A DNA stretch of 55,259 nucleotides from Candidatus Pelethosoma merdigallinarum (GTDB lineage Bacteria > Bacillota_I > Bacilli_A > RF39 > UBA660). The position numbers and the translations under genes were made by a program. The notes under the pieces were generated by a model. That model made no database searches, was not told where the DNA came from, and saw only the letters and a program-made list of their open reading frames with translations. Within the stretch, counting starts at the first letter, position 1; the number at the start of each line of letters is the position of its first letter. The stretch lies in the NCBI GenBank assembly GCA_018716065.1, contig DVKJ01000009.1:1-55259 (forward strand), in the 5' to 3' direction. Positions 46,452-55,259 of the stretch are shown here, one piece after another.

Positions 46452-47525
46452 ATGCATACGATTTTAGATTATATGAAGTGGAGAGGGGATTTGACCTTTG
46501 AAGAACGTCACTTTAATGCGGTGGATTGTTTGATTTGTTCGATTATTTCATATTTTCCGTTTGAAAAAGCAGTAAAAGATCCCGATGTTGTACTAACACT
46601 AGAACAGTTGTATCACAAAATGATCGAAAATAATGTACGTGAGAAAGATTTCTTAATGTTTAACGATGTTGAATTATTAAAGCAATTAGTTAAAAGTAAA
46701 CGTTATCAAGAATTAAAATTAACACGTTTTGTTTCCGTTACAAATTTGGATAAAGAAAAACAATTTGCGGCCGTAACCATTCTTTTACCGAATCATTATG
46801 TGTATGTTTCCTATCGTGGGACAGATGATAGCTTTGTCGGGTGGAAAGAAGATTTTAATATGACGTATTTAGATGTTGTTCCTGCTCAACAAAGTGCGGT
46901 TCAGTATTTAAATGAGTTAAAAGCCAAATTTATGACAAAGATATTAGTAGGTGGTCATTCCAAAGGGGGAAACTTGGCTATTTATGCGGCCTTACATTGT
47001 CAAAATAAAATAAAATCACGGATTAAACATATTTTTAATTATGATGGTCCTGGTTTTTTAAAAGATATTACAGAAAGTCCGGAGTATCAACGTATTGCTC
47101 CTATGATTTCCACTTATGTTCCTCAAACTTCTATTATTGGACGCTTATTAAATTGTAATGAAGAATATAAAGTAGTCAAAAGTAATCAAAAATTAGTTTG
47201 GCAACACGATTACTTTTCATGGGAAGTCGATGTAGATGATTTTGTTTATGATGATGAAGTCGATCCAACAAGTAATTTATTAGATAATATTATCTCCGAA
47301 TGGTTAGGTACCGTAACGTTAGAAGAAAGAGAACAATTTATCGATATTATTTATCGCTCTTTACTAACAACCAATGCATCTAATTTTAAAGAATTAGACT
47401 TAAAAGGAATTAAAGGAATTAAACAAGTTTTAAAAATGCTAGAACATCTTAACAAGGAAGATAAAAAAGTTGTAAATAAAGTGGCTTGGATGTTTTTTAA
47501 AGCTTTGAAGCAACACATTTTTTAG
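46452..47525 (+). CDS. DUF2974 (Mbeg1-like) alpha/beta-hydrolase-fold protein
   Basis: SYRGTDDSFVGWKEDF and the nucleophile elbow GGHSKGGNLA. Confidence 0.7.
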   Translation: MHTILDYMKWRGDLTFEERHFNAVDCLICSIISYFPFEKAVKDPDVVLTLEQLYHKMIENNVREKDFLMFNDVELLKQLVKSKRYQELKLTRFVSVTNLDKEKQFAAVTILLPNHYVYVSYRGTDDSFVGWKEDFNMTYLDVVPAQQSAVQYLNELKAKFMTKILVGGHSKGGNLAIYAALHCQNKIKSRIKHIFNYDGPGFLKDITESPEYQRIAPMISTYVPQTSIIGRLLNCNEEYKVVKSNQKLVWQHDYFSWEVDVDDFVYDDEVDPTSNLLDNIISEWLGTVTLEEREQFIDIIYRSLLTTNASNFKELDLKGIKGIKQVLKMLEHLNKEDKKVVNKVAWMFFKALKQHIF

Positions 47526-47601
47526 ACAAAAAGTGTCAAGTACCTAAACTAGACACTTTTTTTCGTGATAGATATGTTAAAATGAAATGGGGGAATGTAA
47601 A

Positions 47602-48975
47602 ATGAACATAAAAGAAAATATAAATCCATATATCTTTCGTGGATATGATATTAGAGGCGTATATCCTAAAGATATTGATGAAGATACGGCTTATACCATT
47701 GGTTTATCTTTTGGTAGTTATATTCAAAATTTAGGAAAGAAACAATGCATTGTCGGCCATGACAATCGTCTTTCTTCTCCTTCCTTAACAAAAAGTTTAA
47801 TCACTGGTATTTTAAGCTCTGGTGTCGATGTATATGATATTGGCTTAGTTACAACACCAATGTATTATTATGCATGGGAAGTTTTAAATATTCCATCGGG
47901 TATTATGGTAACGGCTAGCCATAATCCTAAAGATGATAATGGTTTTAAAATGGCTTTTGATGAGCGAGGAAATGCATGCGGAGATATGATTGTTGATTTT
48001 AAAAATTTTACCTTTCACAAACAGTTTAAACAAGGAAAAGGAAATTTATATCAACGAGATATTAAAGAAGAATACTTTGATTTAATGAAAAATTCCATTC
48101 ACCTTGGTTCCCGTCGTATTAAAGCCGTTATTGATTGTGGAAATGGAGCAACGAGTTTGTTTGCGAAAGATTTGTATTGTCAGTTCCCACTTGATTTCGA
48201 AGTATTATTTGGGGAAAGTGATGCGACCTTTCCAAATCATCATCCTGATCCTAGTGTAGAAAGCAATTTGGACGCTTTAAAAAAGAGAGTAGTTGAAACT
48301 CATGCGTATGTTGGACTAGCCTTTGATGGAGATGGAGATCGAATTGGAATTGTAGACAATTTAGGAAGAATGGTGCCTATCGATCAATATATGATTTTAA
48401 TGATGCGTGATATTTTACCAAAAACAGACAAAAAAAGAATTTTATTTGATGTAAAATGTAGTAAAGCGGTTGAAGATGAGGCAAAGCGATTAGGTGCCCA
48501 ATATGAAATGTATCGAACAGGAAATTCTTATATGAAAGCACGTATGTTTAGTGGGGATTATATTTTTGGAGGAGAATTATCCGGTCATGTTTGGTTTCGT
48601 GATCACTTTCCTGGTTTTGATTCTGGTATGTATGGTGGATTACGTATGGTGGAACTCCTATCTCATCACACCGAATCTCTTAGTGAATTACTAGAAGATT
48701 TACCAATATATTATTCAACAAATGAATTAAAATTTCCATCTCCCGATGACCAAAAACATCACGTAATTGAAAAAATAAAAGAATATGTCAAAGAACATGG
48801 TTATAATATGAGTGAGGTTGATGGGGTTAAAGTATTATTTGATGACGGATGGGCGCTTCTTCGTGTATCGAATACAGGGCCTAATATTACCGCTCGTTTT
48901 GAAGCGAAAACCAAAGATCGACTCCAACAATTAGAAAACGAATTCTTAACCATTTTAAAAAAATATAATCAATAG
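47602..48975 (+). CDS. phosphoglucomutase / phosphomannomutase family protein
   Basis: Phosphoserine loop TASHNPKDDNG and Mg loop FDGDGDR. The start is trimmed to ATG 47602, after a GGGGGAA SD. Confidence 0.85.
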   Translation: MNIKENINPYIFRGYDIRGVYPKDIDEDTAYTIGLSFGSYIQNLGKKQCIVGHDNRLSSPSLTKSLITGILSSGVDVYDIGLVTTPMYYYAWEVLNIPSGIMVTASHNPKDDNGFKMAFDERGNACGDMIVDFKNFTFHKQFKQGKGNLYQRDIKEEYFDLMKNSIHLGSRRIKAVIDCGNGATSLFAKDLYCQFPLDFEVLFGESDATFPNHHPDPSVESNLDALKKRVVETHAYVGLAFDGDGDRIGIVDNLGRMVPIDQYMILMMRDILPKTDKKRILFDVKCSKAVEDEAKRLGAQYEMYRTGNSYMKARMFSGDYIFGGELSGHVWFRDHFPGFDSGMYGGLRMVELLSHHTESLSELLEDLPIYYSTNELKFPSPDDQKHHVIEKIKEYVKEHGYNMSEVDGVKVLFDDGWALLRVSNTGPNITARFEAKTKDRLQQLENEFLTILKKYNQ

Positions 48976-48987
48976 AAAGGAATGCTT

Positions 48988-49170
48988 ATGAGTAGACGAT
49001 TATTAGAAATTCAAGCCTTAATCAAACAATTAAAAGAAATTAAACAAAAAATTAAAGAATTTGGATTGACCACACTAACAACGAAAGAAGTTGGTATCTT
49101 AGAAGATCAAGAAATTATTTCCAAAGAAAAATCTAAAAAAATGGTATTAAAAATGAGTGACAAAGCATAG
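48988..49170 (+). CDS. small hypothetical coiled-coil protein
   Basis: ORF directly after the PGM gene with an AAAGGAA SD. No motif recognised. Confidence 0.35.
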   Translation: MSRRLLEIQALIKQLKEIKQKIKEFGLTTLTTKEVGILEDQEIISKEKSKKMVLKMSDKA

Positions 49171-49234
49171 TCGCTCATTTTATATTTGACAAGTATCTGC
49201 TTTCGTGTTAGTATAGCTAGCGTTTGGAGGCCTT

Positions 49235-50938
49235 ATGAAAGAAAGTTATCTTAAATTTGTAAATCAAGAATTGGAATCTTTAAACATCAAAGATTTAGAA
49301 AATATTTTGTATTTATTTTTTTCTAATAAATTAAATATAGAATCCTCTCTTTTTTATTCTCGTTATGAAAACTGTTTAAAAATATTTATTAAAAATCATT
49401 CCTTAGTTAAAGAAGAAGAAAAGAAAGTAGGATATTACCTTTTCTGTTTGTTTGGTGAAGAAAAACTCAATCAATACTTGCCTCATTTTTCAGAGAAATA
49501 TCAGTTTCACCTTTCGTATAGTGAAGAAGAAAGAAAATTTTTACCCCTTCATTATCGTAAATTAGAAATTTTTTATCACTATCAATGTTTACGAAATCAA
49601 TATCGTTCAATTGATAAAGAAAAATGGAAAGAAGCTTTTGACATTCTTTTTAAGGTAGATAATTTTTTAGAACGATATCAAAGTCTTCAACGTAAAAAAG
49701 ACTTTATTAAAAAAGAACAAATTGATGAACAAACATTTAAAGATTATGTGTTTTTATATGCTTTTGATACACCAATAAAAGAAGAAATTGTTGAATTATA
49801 TGCGAGTAAAAAGATTTCTTACCAATCCCTTGGGTTAAATACCCATGCTTTTCCATTTTACCAAATAAAGACCAAAGAAGATATTATTCATTTAATATTA
49901 AATACCAATGATTTAGAATCTTTAAAAAAAATCATATATGATCTAGGTATTTCTAGTGCGACTATTTATCTTATTTATAAACATTATCCTGATATAAGAA
50001 AAAAATACGCATCTCATAAAAAAGAACTCTTAGAAAAAGTAACGCAAGTACAACTGGTTTTAGAAAAAGAATATAAGTATATATCTACGAGTAAAGTTTT
50101 ATCTTTGATAGAAAAAAGTGAGGATGAAGAATTTATTTATCAAATTTTAAAAAATAATAGGAATCGAAATTATGAAGTCTATAAATTTATTCGTCTGTAT
50201 CGTCCTTTAAAAAATAGGGAGGAAAGAGAAAAATTAGAAAAAGAAATCAAAGGTAAATTCATGCGCGCCATGGAACGAATCCGACAAGATGAAAAGAAAG
50301 AAAAAGACATTCAGTTGGAAGAAGCAAATGAAAGAATTATGGATGCACTTTCTCATTTTCTAGAAAACGACTATTTATCGATTAAAGAATTTGCTAAAGA
50401 AAATGGTTTTTCTTATTCAAAAACATTAAAGTGTTTCCAAAAATTAAAGCAAACAAATGAAAAACTTTATTATCAAATAAAAGAAAAACTAAATTCGTTG
50501 AAAGAAAAAGAATTTAAGGGATTATTAGTTCAAGTTTATCAAATTTGTCAAGAAATTGTTTATGGTGTTGAACGAGAAAATGGAACAAAAGGTGAATTTG
50601 ATATTTTAGATTATTATTTAAAGACGAATCTAAACTATTATGATTTTAATAAATTATATCCTCAGTGTGGTTCCTTTACCCTGGATGAAAAAATGAAAAT
50701 CAAGAAATTTTTAGCAAAGATAAAAGAGAATCAACCAGTATATATTCAAACAGAACTTCAATCGAAAATGATCGTAGTGATTGATGGACAGACACATGAA
50801 ATAACAGAGGATGAAAAAATATTTGCTTTTGAATATTTAAAACAACACCATTTACCACTATATTATTCGGTTTATTATACAGCTTTAAGACGAATTGTAA
50901 AAGAAAATCAAGAAAAGGTGAAAGTAAAGAAAAAATAG
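49235..50938 (+). CDS. hypothetical 567-aa Lys/Glu/Tyr-rich protein
   Basis: Long ORF with a GGAGG SD and its own promoter (TTGACA-17-TAGTAT at 49186-49214). No motif recognised. Confidence 0.55.
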   Translation: MKESYLKFVNQELESLNIKDLENILYLFFSNKLNIESSLFYSRYENCLKIFIKNHSLVKEEEKKVGYYLFCLFGEEKLNQYLPHFSEKYQFHLSYSEEERKFLPLHYRKLEIFYHYQCLRNQYRSIDKEKWKEAFDILFKVDNFLERYQSLQRKKDFIKKEQIDEQTFKDYVFLYAFDTPIKEEIVELYASKKISYQSLGLNTHAFPFYQIKTKEDIIHLILNTNDLESLKKIIYDLGISSATIYLIYKHYPDIRKKYASHKKELLEKVTQVQLVLEKEYKYISTSKVLSLIEKSEDEEFIYQILKNNRNRNYEVYKFIRLYRPLKNREEREKLEKEIKGKFMRAMERIRQDEKKEKDIQLEEANERIMDALSHFLENDYLSIKEFAKENGFSYSKTLKCFQKLKQTNEKLYYQIKEKLNSLKEKEFKGLLVQVYQICQEIVYGVERENGTKGEFDILDYYLKTNLNYYDFNKLYPQCGSFTLDEKMKIKKFLAKIKENQPVYIQTELQSKMIVVIDGQTHEITEDEKIFAFEYLKQHHLPLYYSVYYTALRRIVKENQEKVKVKKK

Positions 50939-50946
50939 TGTATTCA

Positions 50947-51789
50947 CTATTTTTTTGGTTGATCACTATCTAGATTAATATCTAGAATATGTTTAGAAAA
51001 ACGTTTATTTTCTGGTGGTAAAGTCATATAATCTGGACCAATATCGGCAACGATTTGTGCTTTTTCATGATGTGCGACCGATAACGTTGTATCTTCAAAT
51101 TTCATTTTTTTTGTTGGAAAGATATCATCCATTCGATATTTCGTCGCACGACTCATTTTACGATAGACCCAAGTAAGTTCATTTCCAATGTAAGGACTAT
51201 TCATTTTTTTACACAAGTTTCCATAAATGATTCCGTTTTTAATAAACGCTTTTTTTAATAATTTAGGGTTAAAATGTAAATTTTCTAATAAAACAATGAT
51301 TGGCATGAGGAGATATTTATTAACAAAGCGGAAAGGGTAGTCAATGAACTTACTTTCAGACACATAATTATATAAGAAAACATCGATGAATACACCATCA
51401 CAATCATCACATTTATTAGGAAGTAAAAGATTTCGTTCTTTTAAATAAGTATTTTTCTTCCTTATTTTCATCGCTGGTAAGGTAACATTATATCGTTGAT
51501 CGGTTTCAAAGCAATGAAAGGTATAATCTTCAGGTAAATCTTCTTGAAGAGCTTTAATAAAACGTTTGTAATCTTTGCGAAGAATGGCCATATCAAAATC
51601 ATCATCCCAAGGTATAAATCCTTGATGACGAATGACACCTAATGCGGTACCTCCATTGACAATATAGGGAATATGGTGTTTCTCACAAATTTGATCGACT
51701 ACTTTCGCAATTTCTAAGATCACTTTTTGAACATCCCGTACGGTTACTTGACTTCCATCTTGATAGGTTTTAATAATATAGGATTCCAT
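50947..51789 (-). CDS. LicD-family phosphotransferase (phosphocholine/ribitol-phosphate transferase-like)
   Basis: GGTALGVIRHQGFIPWDDDFDM block of the LicD family. The start is trimmed to MESYII (ATG 51789), after a GGTGAG SD. Confidence 0.75.
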   Translation of the reverse strand: MESYIIKTYQDGSQVTVRDVQKVILEIAKVVDQICEKHHIPYIVNGGTALGVIRHQGFIPWDDDFDMAILRKDYKRFIKALQEDLPEDYTFHCFETDQRYNVTLPAMKIRKKNTYLKERNLLLPNKCDDCDGVFIDVFLYNYVSESKFIDYPFRFVNKYLLMPIIVLLENLHFNPKLLKKAFIKNGIIYGNLCKKMNSPYIGNELTWVYRKMSRATKYRMDDIFPTKKMKFEDTTLSVAHHEKAQIVADIGPDYMTLPPENKRFSKHILDINLDSDQPKK

Positions 51790-51844
51790 AAATCTCACCA
51801 TTTTAAGTATACATAAAAAGACAAAAAAAGTAAACGTTTGTTTA

Positions 51845-52975
51845 CTAATTTGTATATCGTAAAGTTTCATTGGATATATTAAAGATAATACCTGCCATAA
51901 TCATGTAACTAAGTAGGGAAGAACCTCCATAACTAATGAATGGTAAGGTAATACCAGTAATAGGCATCAGTCCAATGGTCATTCCAATATTCTGAATTTG
52001 TTGATAAATCAACATTCCTACGATTCCCGCAATCACATATTTATTTTTATTCGAACGACTCTTTAAAGCGATTTGAATTAAGCGAATATCAAAGAATAAT
52101 AATAGTAGAATAAGGAACATAGACCCTATGAATCCAAAGTTAGACGCATATACGGCAAATACAAAGTCTGTTTGAGCTTCTGGAAAATAAAGAGGCGTAT
52201 TTTTTATTCCTGTTCCAAATATTCCACCAGATCCAATCGATAATAATCCATTTTCTAATTGATATCCTGATTTATTTGACCAATCAAGTAAACGATCGAC
52301 ACGTAAAAAGAAAGAAGTACCAAAGATATCTACAAATAAATCTTGATTAATAAAATAAATACCTAAAACGACACCAACTAAGGCTAGTAGTAAACCAATC
52401 GCAATAATAAACCAGCGATATCGAATTCCTGAAATAAATAACATGACAAAGGTAATTAAAAGATAAATTAATACAACACCTGTATCTGGTTGTAAGAAGG
52501 TTAAAATACTAGGAAAGAGTACAATAATTCCTACTTTAATTAAAAATTTGAATTCTTCCATTAAACTTGGATTACTGAAATTTTCATTAAAATCATGAAT
52601 AATCGTTCCTAGTGTAATAATAAGAATAATCTTCATAAATTCGGAAGGCTGTATTGTTCCAACACCAGGAATCGTATACCAACATCGGGCATCATTAATA
52701 TCGGTTCCAAAAAAGAATAAACCTATTAAAGAAAGAATTCCAATTCCATATAATACCCAAGCATGATCATAAATAAAATCATTTCCAATAAACATCATAA
52801 AGTAGGCAAGTCCAAATCCAACTACATACCATATAATTTGTCGTAGAGCTAGATTTTGAAGATAGCTTGGTAATATTGTTTGGGCACTATAAATCGTTAT
52901 AATACTAATGAGTGCGAAAATAAGTAAGGGTATTAAAACCCATTTATCAATTTTATATTTAGAAATTTTTTTCAT
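51845..52975 (-). CDS. FtsW/RodA/SpoVE-family peptidoglycan glycosyltransferase
   Basis: Ten TM helices. Blocks QPSEFMKI, FAVYASNFGFIG, GLMPITGITLPFISYGGSS. Confidence 0.85.
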   Translation of the reverse strand: MKKISKYKIDKWVLIPLLIFALISIITIYSAQTILPSYLQNLALRQIIWYVVGFGLAYFMMFIGNDFIYDHAWVLYGIGILSLIGLFFFGTDINDARCWYTIPGVGTIQPSEFMKIILIITLGTIIHDFNENFSNPSLMEEFKFLIKVGIIVLFPSILTFLQPDTGVVLIYLLITFVMLFISGIRYRWFIIAIGLLLALVGVVLGIYFINQDLFVDIFGTSFFLRVDRLLDWSNKSGYQLENGLLSIGSGGIFGTGIKNTPLYFPEAQTDFVFAVYASNFGFIGSMFLILLLLFFDIRLIQIALKSRSNKNKYVIAGIVGMLIYQQIQNIGMTIGLMPITGITLPFISYGGSSLLSYMIMAGIIFNISNETLRYTN

Positions 52976-53084
52976 TAGGATCACCATTAAATATATTACA
53001 CTAAAAAAGTTATTTATACAATTAAAACGATAAAAAACTATTTATTTTTTAAAATATCCATAGTATAATGAAAGAGGTGATGTT

Positions 53085-53399
53085 ATGGAATATGTACAAT
53101 ACTTAATCATAATTATTATTTTATTGATTATCGCATTAGCGATTACACGTACAAAGAAAAAAGATTTTCGTTTAGAGGCAAATAAATTAATCAACTATTT
53201 AGGAGGGGCATCTAATATTATTGGGTATGAATTTAATAAGTCACGTTTTATTGTAAATGTACACGATGTGACCAAAGTAAATAAAGATGGCATTCAAAAA
53301 TTAGGGGCCAGAGGAATTGTAGAAATTGAAAATCAATTAAAAATTATCTTAGGAGAAAATGCCAAACAGTTCGAAAAGTATATGAAAGATCTAAAATGA
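53085..53399 (+). CDS. small membrane-anchored protein with a degenerate PTS EIIB (glucose-type) domain
   Basis: One TM helix, then LINYLGGASNIIGYEFNKSRFIVNV, which aligns to the EIIB GGxxNI....CxTRLR block but has no Cys. Confidence 0.55.
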   Translation: MEYVQYLIIIIILLIIALAITRTKKKDFRLEANKLINYLGGASNIIGYEFNKSRFIVNVHDVTKVNKDGIQKLGARGIVEIENQLKIILGENAKQFEKYMKDLK

Positions 53400-53423
53400 C
53401 AAAAATTGTCATTTTTTTCTTTT

Positions 53424-53440
53424 TTCGACAAGTTTCGACA
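53424..53440 (+). promoter_or_regulatory. two tandem 0A-box heptamers (TTCGACA x2, 10-bp register) in the kinase promoter
   Basis: TTCGACA at 53424-53430 and 53434-53440, overlapping the -35 region of a TACAAT -10 (53452-53457). Confidence 0.45.
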
Positions 53441-53474
53441 CAGCTTTCCTGTACAATAACAATGAGGTGGTATT

Positions 53475-54716
53475 ATGAATTTATTTGAAACGATTATTAT
53501 GAATATTATTTTCTGTTTGTTTCCACTTCTTTTATATCTTTTTTATCTAATTTTTCAACGAAATGTGGAACGAAGAGAAAACGACCTAATGTTAGATGTA
53601 GCGATTTTATCTTCTTTATATTTACTTGCTCGATTTGTAAGTAAAGAAACGCTTCCATTTGCCATCGTAATTGTAAATGTACCCTTAATTATTTCATACT
53701 TAAAACGTCGTAGAATAACTTCTATAATTATATCTGTAGTTATTGTCATATATTTAAGAAATTATTTTGACATACCGTGGTACTATTTTGGACTTGAATA
53801 TTTCATTTATTATGGGATTTATGAAGTGATGCATAAACGTAAGTATCACAATGATCAATTTGCATTAGTGTTTATTGGTTTAAAATGGATTTGTTATCTT
53901 TTACCGCTTATTTACCTTCATAAATTAAATTGGGGAACTTTCGCTCATGCGATGATTTTATATTTATTCTTTGCGATTGCCTTATTATTAACGATAAAAT
54001 TATTTGGAAAGTGTGAAGAAGTTACAAAGTATTACATTAGTAAAACGGAGTTAGAACAAGAACAAAAATTAAAAGCGAGTCTTTTTCGCATTACTCATGA
54101 AATTAAAAATCCAATCGCAGTGTGCAAAGGATATTTAGATATGTTTGATGTTCACAATCCTACGCATAGTGAAAAATATGTACCCATTTTAAAAGAAGAA
54201 ATTAATCGAACTTTATTATTACTACAAGATTATTTATCGATTTCAAAAGTACGTATTGAAAAAGATTATATGGATATGAATATGTTAGTAGAAGAAGTCA
54301 TGAATCATTTCAATTTAATGTTAAAAGAAAAAAATATCGAAAGCTCTATCGATTTAATCGACGATGATATTTATATTATGGGCGATTATAATCGTTTAAC
54401 ACAAGTACTTATTAATTTATTAAAAAATAGTATTGAAGCTATCCCTAAGGAACGACATGGTAAGATTACCATTACTACTAAAACGATCAATCGTCAATTT
54501 TATTTGGAGGTTAAAGATAATGGAGAAGGTATTACCAAAGAAGTGATGGATAAAATACAAGAGCCATTTTTTACAACTAAACCCAATGGAACGGGATTGG
54601 GCGTAAGTCTTTCTAGAGAGATTATTAAAGCTCACCAAGGAAAAATAACTTATGAATCAGAACCATTTCAAGGAACAACGGTAAAGATATGGATACCGAT
54701 AGAAGAGAGTATTTAA
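53475..54716 (+). CDS. orphan membrane sensor histidine kinase (candidate sporulation kinase)
   Basis: Five or six N-terminal TM helices, H-box FRITHEIKNPIA, N-box LINLLKNSIEA, G1 VKDNGEGI, G2 GTGLGVSL. No adjacent response regulator. Confidence 0.85.
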   Translation: MNLFETIIMNIIFCLFPLLLYLFYLIFQRNVERRENDLMLDVAILSSLYLLARFVSKETLPFAIVIVNVPLIISYLKRRRITSIIISVVIVIYLRNYFDIPWYYFGLEYFIYYGIYEVMHKRKYHNDQFALVFIGLKWICYLLPLIYLHKLNWGTFAHAMILYLFFAIALLLTIKLFGKCEEVTKYYISKTELEQEQKLKASLFRITHEIKNPIAVCKGYLDMFDVHNPTHSEKYVPILKEEINRTLLLLQDYLSISKVRIEKDYMDMNMLVEEVMNHFNLMLKEKNIESSIDLIDDDIYIMGDYNRLTQVLINLLKNSIEAIPKERHGKITITTKTINRQFYLEVKDNGEGITKEVMDKIQEPFFTTKPNGTGLGVSLSREIIKAHQGKITYESEPFQGTTVKIWIPIEESI

Positions 54717-54769
54717 ACGTAAGAGTGATGCCTCATCTTCAATCTAATTTGTAAAATAATGTAAAATTA

Positions 54770-54870
54770 AAAAAAAGTTGAAATATGTCAGATTTAAGAA
54801 ATTGGTAAAGATTTTTTTACCAATTTTTTAAATTGTCTAAACAGATTTTAAATATCTGTAAAAATAATTG
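54770..54870 (+). repeat. copy B of the ~90-nt intergenic element (see 24329-24420)
   Basis: Same ordered blocks, with an 11-bp stem AAATTGGTAAA / TTTACCAATTT (54799-54826). Confidence 0.6.
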
Positions 54871-54944
54871 TTCAGAAACCTTAAAAGTGCCATTTGACCC
54901 TTGATTTTGAATGTGTTATAGTGTCTCCAGAAAGGAGGCATGTT

Positions 54945-55259
54945 ATGGTTCAAACAAAGATATTAAATAAAAAATCTAAAGAAATGTTAGATCAAGGAAT
55001 GGTTGTTTCGCCCCTTTATGATATCGTCTTTAAAAGTGTTTTACAAGCTCCTCGTTGCCGTGATTATTTAATTGACCTCATCCATATTATTACTCATATT
55101 TCAAAAGAAGAAATGAAAAGAAATCTTCATATTGAAAATAGTGAACATTTAGTAAGTCATACAAAGGAAAAAAGAAAAGTATCAGATATGATTGTATCCA
55201 TTGAAAATAATATTATTAATTTAGAAATGAATCAAGAATACTATGAAGGTTTATTAAAA
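54945..55259 (+). CDS. PD-(D/E)XK nuclease family transposase-like protein (Rpn/YhgA-like), 5' partial, runs off the window
   Basis: AAAGGAGG SD, ATG 54945, open to the window end. The layout SPLYDIVFKSVL ... ENSEHLVSHTKEKRKVSDMIVSIENNIINLEMNQ is typical of this family. Confidence 0.65.
   Translation, partial: MVQTKILNKKSKEMLDQGMVVSPLYDIVFKSVLQAPRCRDYLIDLIHIITHISKEEMKRNLHIENSEHLVSHTKEKRKVSDMIVSIENNIINLEMNQEYYEGLLK

Noticed and set aside
1-55259. Scanned for CRISPR arrays, rRNA genes, intact IS elements, integrases and prophage structural genes.
   Set aside because: I saw no regularly spaced direct repeats, rRNA-like segments, or transposase or integrase motifs, apart from the partial Rpn-like gene at the right edge and the RT remnant. 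This was a visual scan only.

Overview
This is an AT-rich chromosomal window from an endospore-forming Firmicute (spo0A, an alpha/beta-type SASP, yunB, ezrA). The gene content looks Erysipelotrichaceae/Coprobacillus-like, but taxonomy cannot be proven from the sequence alone. There are about 60 genes, mostly housekeeping: a T-box-led HAD-deoC-orf-tyrS operon, rpsD, ezrA, thiI, clpP, gap, pgk-[flippase-like + GT4]-tpiA, two tandem spo0A paralogues, dusB, lysS, ackA, nrnA, prfB with its programmed +1 frameshift, ftsEX, one tRNA-Thr(CGU), a PGM/PMM, LicD, a RodA/FtsW-family protein and an orphan sensor kinase. The unusual content, in order: (i) A toxSAS-like RelA/SpoT toxin plus Panacea (DUF4065) antitoxin pair whose toxin frame is split by an in-frame TAA, followed by a 503-aa coiled-coil protein with a RelE/Gp49-like C-terminus. 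(ii) A candidate type I toxin-antitoxin-like locus next to rpsD: a 27-aa hydrophobic ORF enclosed by an 11-bp 5'-3' helix, with a convergent antisense promoter and terminator. (iii) A 5'-truncated DGR-type (YMDD) reverse transcriptase remnant. (iv) Two paralogous two-module surface proteins. One is translationally coupled to a phosphodiester glycosidase; the other sits behind a divergent XRE pair and a Tyr/Trp/Arg-repeat membrane protein. (v) A very AT-rich islet between ftsX and the 3' end of tRNA-Thr, carrying a DUF3800 gene, an alpha/beta hydrolase, a strongly promoted ~100-nt structured RNA and duplicated hairpin+21-nt modules. (vi) Tandem Spo0A boxes in the promoter of the orphan kinase. 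I saw no CRISPR array, no rRNA and no intact integrase or transposase; only a partial Rpn-family gene lies at the right edge. All homology statements come from motif recognition by eye, not from database searches.
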